Below are positions 54,667 to 56,352 of a stretch of DNA of 56,352 nucleotides, piece after piece. How positions within the stretch are numbered: position 1 is the stretch's first letter; each line of letters starts with the position of its first letter. Made by a program: the position numbers and the translations under genes. The stretch comes from a virus. Its lineage: Duplodnaviria; Caudoviricetes. The notes beneath the pieces were generated by a model. It ran no database searches, had not been told where the DNA came from, and saw only the letters and a program-made list of their open reading frames with translations. The DNA lies in the IMG/VR virus record IMGVR_UViG_3300017911_001056, positions 1 to 56,352 of that record; one strand, written 5' to 3'.

Positions 54667-55986
54667 TTATCTTATAGCATCCTTTCTGGTATTACCATAG
54701 TGTACTACTTGAACTCCTTCGAGCCTAGGTGTTTTACGCCATGGGTCAACAATAACACTACCTTTTGCAAAGTCTAACTCTGTACCATTTGCTGTTGCAA
54801 CTGTGAGTGCTTCGTCTGCTCCTGTGACACGATGTTCGTCATACCAGCCTTTTACAAAGTCTAATTGATCACCGTAAGTTACTTGTGGATTATGTGCTAA
54901 CAAATATACTGCTGGCTTATTTAAAATATCCTGTGGAGGAACTTCGCCAACAACTTCATCATAGTAATAAAGTTCGATACCTGCTTCAGCAACATAATGC
55001 CCGACTAACATACTGCTAGAACCTGCTTCATATGGAACAAGAGGCTTGTATGCTTTACCAATAATTACTACTGGCATTGGCGGTACATTGCCTGCTCCTG
55101 CTGTTGCAAGTTCAACTAATTGCTTTGCCATGTTTTCTGCTTGAACTTCACGTGATAACATCACAGCATCAAATAAATCGTAACCTAGTTCTAAGTTATC
55201 TGCCATCCAACGTAGAGCAATATTATCTCTGGGGTGACATGCACCACCATCGCCCATACCTGGCTTCATATAACCTGGTCCCATAATACGTCTGTCTGAA
55301 GTAGCAAGTGCATCACACACAACTTCTGCGTTGATATTGCCTTGCTTTTCTGCAACGTCTTGTATCATGTTTACTAGACTTACTTTTGCTGAAATGAATG
55401 TGTTGTAGAAAACTTTAATACATTCGCATTCGTCCCAAGTTCCAATAACGTAACGTGGATCATTCTGCATGATTGTTTTATAAAAGTCAACAAGTTCTTT
55501 TGCATCACCTGTTTCACTTCCATCCTCAGTTCCAATCATAACCATTTCTGGATTAACCATGTCCCACTTCACAGTGCCCATAGCAATCAAATAAGGGTTA
55601 TACACAAAACGTGCATTTGGAATAAGAGGTATAAGTTCTCTTCTAACTGTTCCTGGTAATACTGTTGAAATTAGTACTACTAGTTGGTCTTTGGTCGCAA
55701 CAGCATTTACCTGGCTCAGAACTTCTTTTACAATCGTGTAATCAAAGTCTTTGTTTGGCAAATGGCTGGTTGGTGCCTTTCCATCATACTGAGGATCGTG
55801 CGGTGTTTGTACAGCAACAAAAACAATGTCTTGTCCTATTACTGCTTTTTCCACACTATCAACCATTGTAAAGTTTTCAGGCTCTACAGGATTGATATCA
55901 TATCCTACAACATCATGGACCTCGGCGACCATTTCGGCACAGGCTTGACCTAACTTACCTACGCCTACAAATCCGATCGAGGCCAT
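54667..55986 (-). CDS. UDP-glucose/GDP-mannose 6-dehydrogenase family protein
   Basis: IGFVGVGKLG, VAVQTP, ISTVLPGT, YNP, KVFYNTF, GDGGACHPRD (catalytic Cys), AYKP; start ATG 55986 after AGGAG. Confidence 0.92.
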   Translation of the reverse strand: MASIGFVGVGKLGQACAEMVAEVHDVVGYDINPVEPENFTMVDSVEKAVIGQDIVFVAVQTPHDPQYDGKAPTSHLPNKDFDYTIVKEVLSQVNAVATKDQLVVLISTVLPGTVRRELIPLIPNARFVYNPYLIAMGTVKWDMVNPEMVMIGTEDGSETGDAKELVDFYKTIMQNDPRYVIGTWDECECIKVFYNTFISAKVSLVNMIQDVAEKQGNINAEVVCDALATSDRRIMGPGYMKPGMGDGGACHPRDNIALRWMADNLELGYDLFDAVMLSREVQAENMAKQLVELATAGAGNVPPMPVVIIGKAYKPLVPYEAGSSSMLVGHYVAEAGIELYYYDEVVGEVPPQDILNKPAVYLLAHNPQVTYGDQLDFVKGWYDEHRVTGADEALTVATANGTELDFAKGSVIVDPWRKTPRLEGVQVVHYGNTRKDAIR

Positions 55987-56018
55987 TTGTATTCTCCTAA
56001 TTGTAGTTCGTACATTAA

Positions 56019-56037
56019 GTACGCATATATTTATCAA
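56019..56037 (-). promoter_or_regulatory. Candidate late-type promoter heading the glycan island
   Basis: TTGATAAATATATGCGTAC on - strand; near-identical to 22175-22193. Confidence 0.6.
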
Positions 56038-56223
56038 CCATATTGAGCATGTTTGATGTATAATGGCTGGTTGATTCACAACTCATATAATTCTTCACAC
56101 AGTTGTCATAAATACTTTTGTAACAAGAATGTAACATTAAGTTTGCATAAAAGTAACAGTCTCAATGGAGAAAAGTTACTAAAACAAGATGCTACATCTT
56201 TTATAACATACAAGGAGAATATT

Positions 56224-56352
56224 ATGGCGAAGCCACTAGGAATAGTAGCCATGTTGACTCTGCTCATATCCAGCGGAACAGCATTGGCTGAAGAAAGAAT
56301 CCTCATGCGAGGAGTCAGTGACATTCAGGTCACAAACACAAGCAAGATAATT
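56224..56352 (+). CDS. 5' end of a secreted protein (partial)
   Basis: AAGGAG RBS; MAKPLGIVAMLTLLISSGTALA/EERI signal peptide; CATAAATA at 56107-56114 upstream. Confidence 0.6.
   Translation, partial: MAKPLGIVAMLTLLISSGTALAEERILMRGVSDIQVTNTSKII

Noticed and set aside
28408-55986. Bacterial O-antigen/capsule locus (host DNA or chimeric assembly)
   Set aside because: No wzx, wzy, wzm or wzt export genes; composition and gene packing look like the phage arm; it shares a 19-nt promoter-like motif with the left arm and overlaps the last phage-arm gene
448-56324. Many 60-150 aa ORFs antisense to or nested in long genes (e.g. 2102..2560 -, 17132..17500 -, 24713..25123 -, 29551..29880 +, 51814..52140 +, 56106..56324 -)
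   Set aside because: Shadow ORFs opposite well-supported genes, with no RBS or recognisable motifs
1-56352. Stop-codon reassignment as in some large phages
   Set aside because: Code 11 gives near-complete coding density, and TAA, TAG and TGA all terminate recognisable full-length genes
1-56352. CRISPR array, tRNA/rRNA genes, transposase or integrase
   Set aside because: No spaced direct repeats, cloverleaf motifs or such ORFs were seen by eye; intergenic gaps are mostly too short (a tRNAscan/Infernal run would be the formal check)

Overview
This AT-rich, very gene-dense window looks like a fragment of a large T4-distant (jumbo-type) dsDNA bacteriophage, probably aquatic and infecting a Gram-negative (likely proteobacterial) host; it uses the standard genetic code. 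The left half (1-28437, + strand) is a replication and nucleotide-metabolism arm: DsbA-like protein, family-B DNA polymerase, probable sliding clamp, RNase H/5'-3' exonuclease, and MoxR-type AAA+ plus VWA/peptidase. It also carries auxiliary genes (guaC, fpr, psiE, fabZ-like, glutaredoxin, MazG-like, Hc1-like) and a dispersed 7-deazaguanine DNA-modification set: DpdA/TGT-like, a T-fold protein with LxxxHRHxF, FolE and QueE, with no QueC in the window, interleaved with a glycosyltransferase, GalE and a phosphoribosyltransferase. The right half (28408-55986, mostly - strand) is a ~27 kb glycan-building and tailoring island: UDP-sugar dehydrogenase, five tandem Twitch/SPASM radical SAM enzymes, a B12-dependent radical SAM, amidinotransferase, carbamoyltransferase, DegT-type aminotransferase, 2OG-Fe(II) oxygenase, three SGNH-like proteins, four GT10-like proteins, a 12-repeat GT-A-like protein, a methyltransferase and a kinase, apparently under TAAATA late-type promoters. 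Non-coding signals read directly from the sequence are six near-consensus sigma70 promoters (two with an identically spaced IHF-like box), a hairpin before the polymerase RBS, and a stem-loop at 25267-25314 whose loop is complementary to the ribosome-binding regions of the neighbouring genes (candidate anti-SD small RNA). No tRNA, rRNA, CRISPR array or IS element was recognised. All functional calls come from motif recognition by eye, not database searches.
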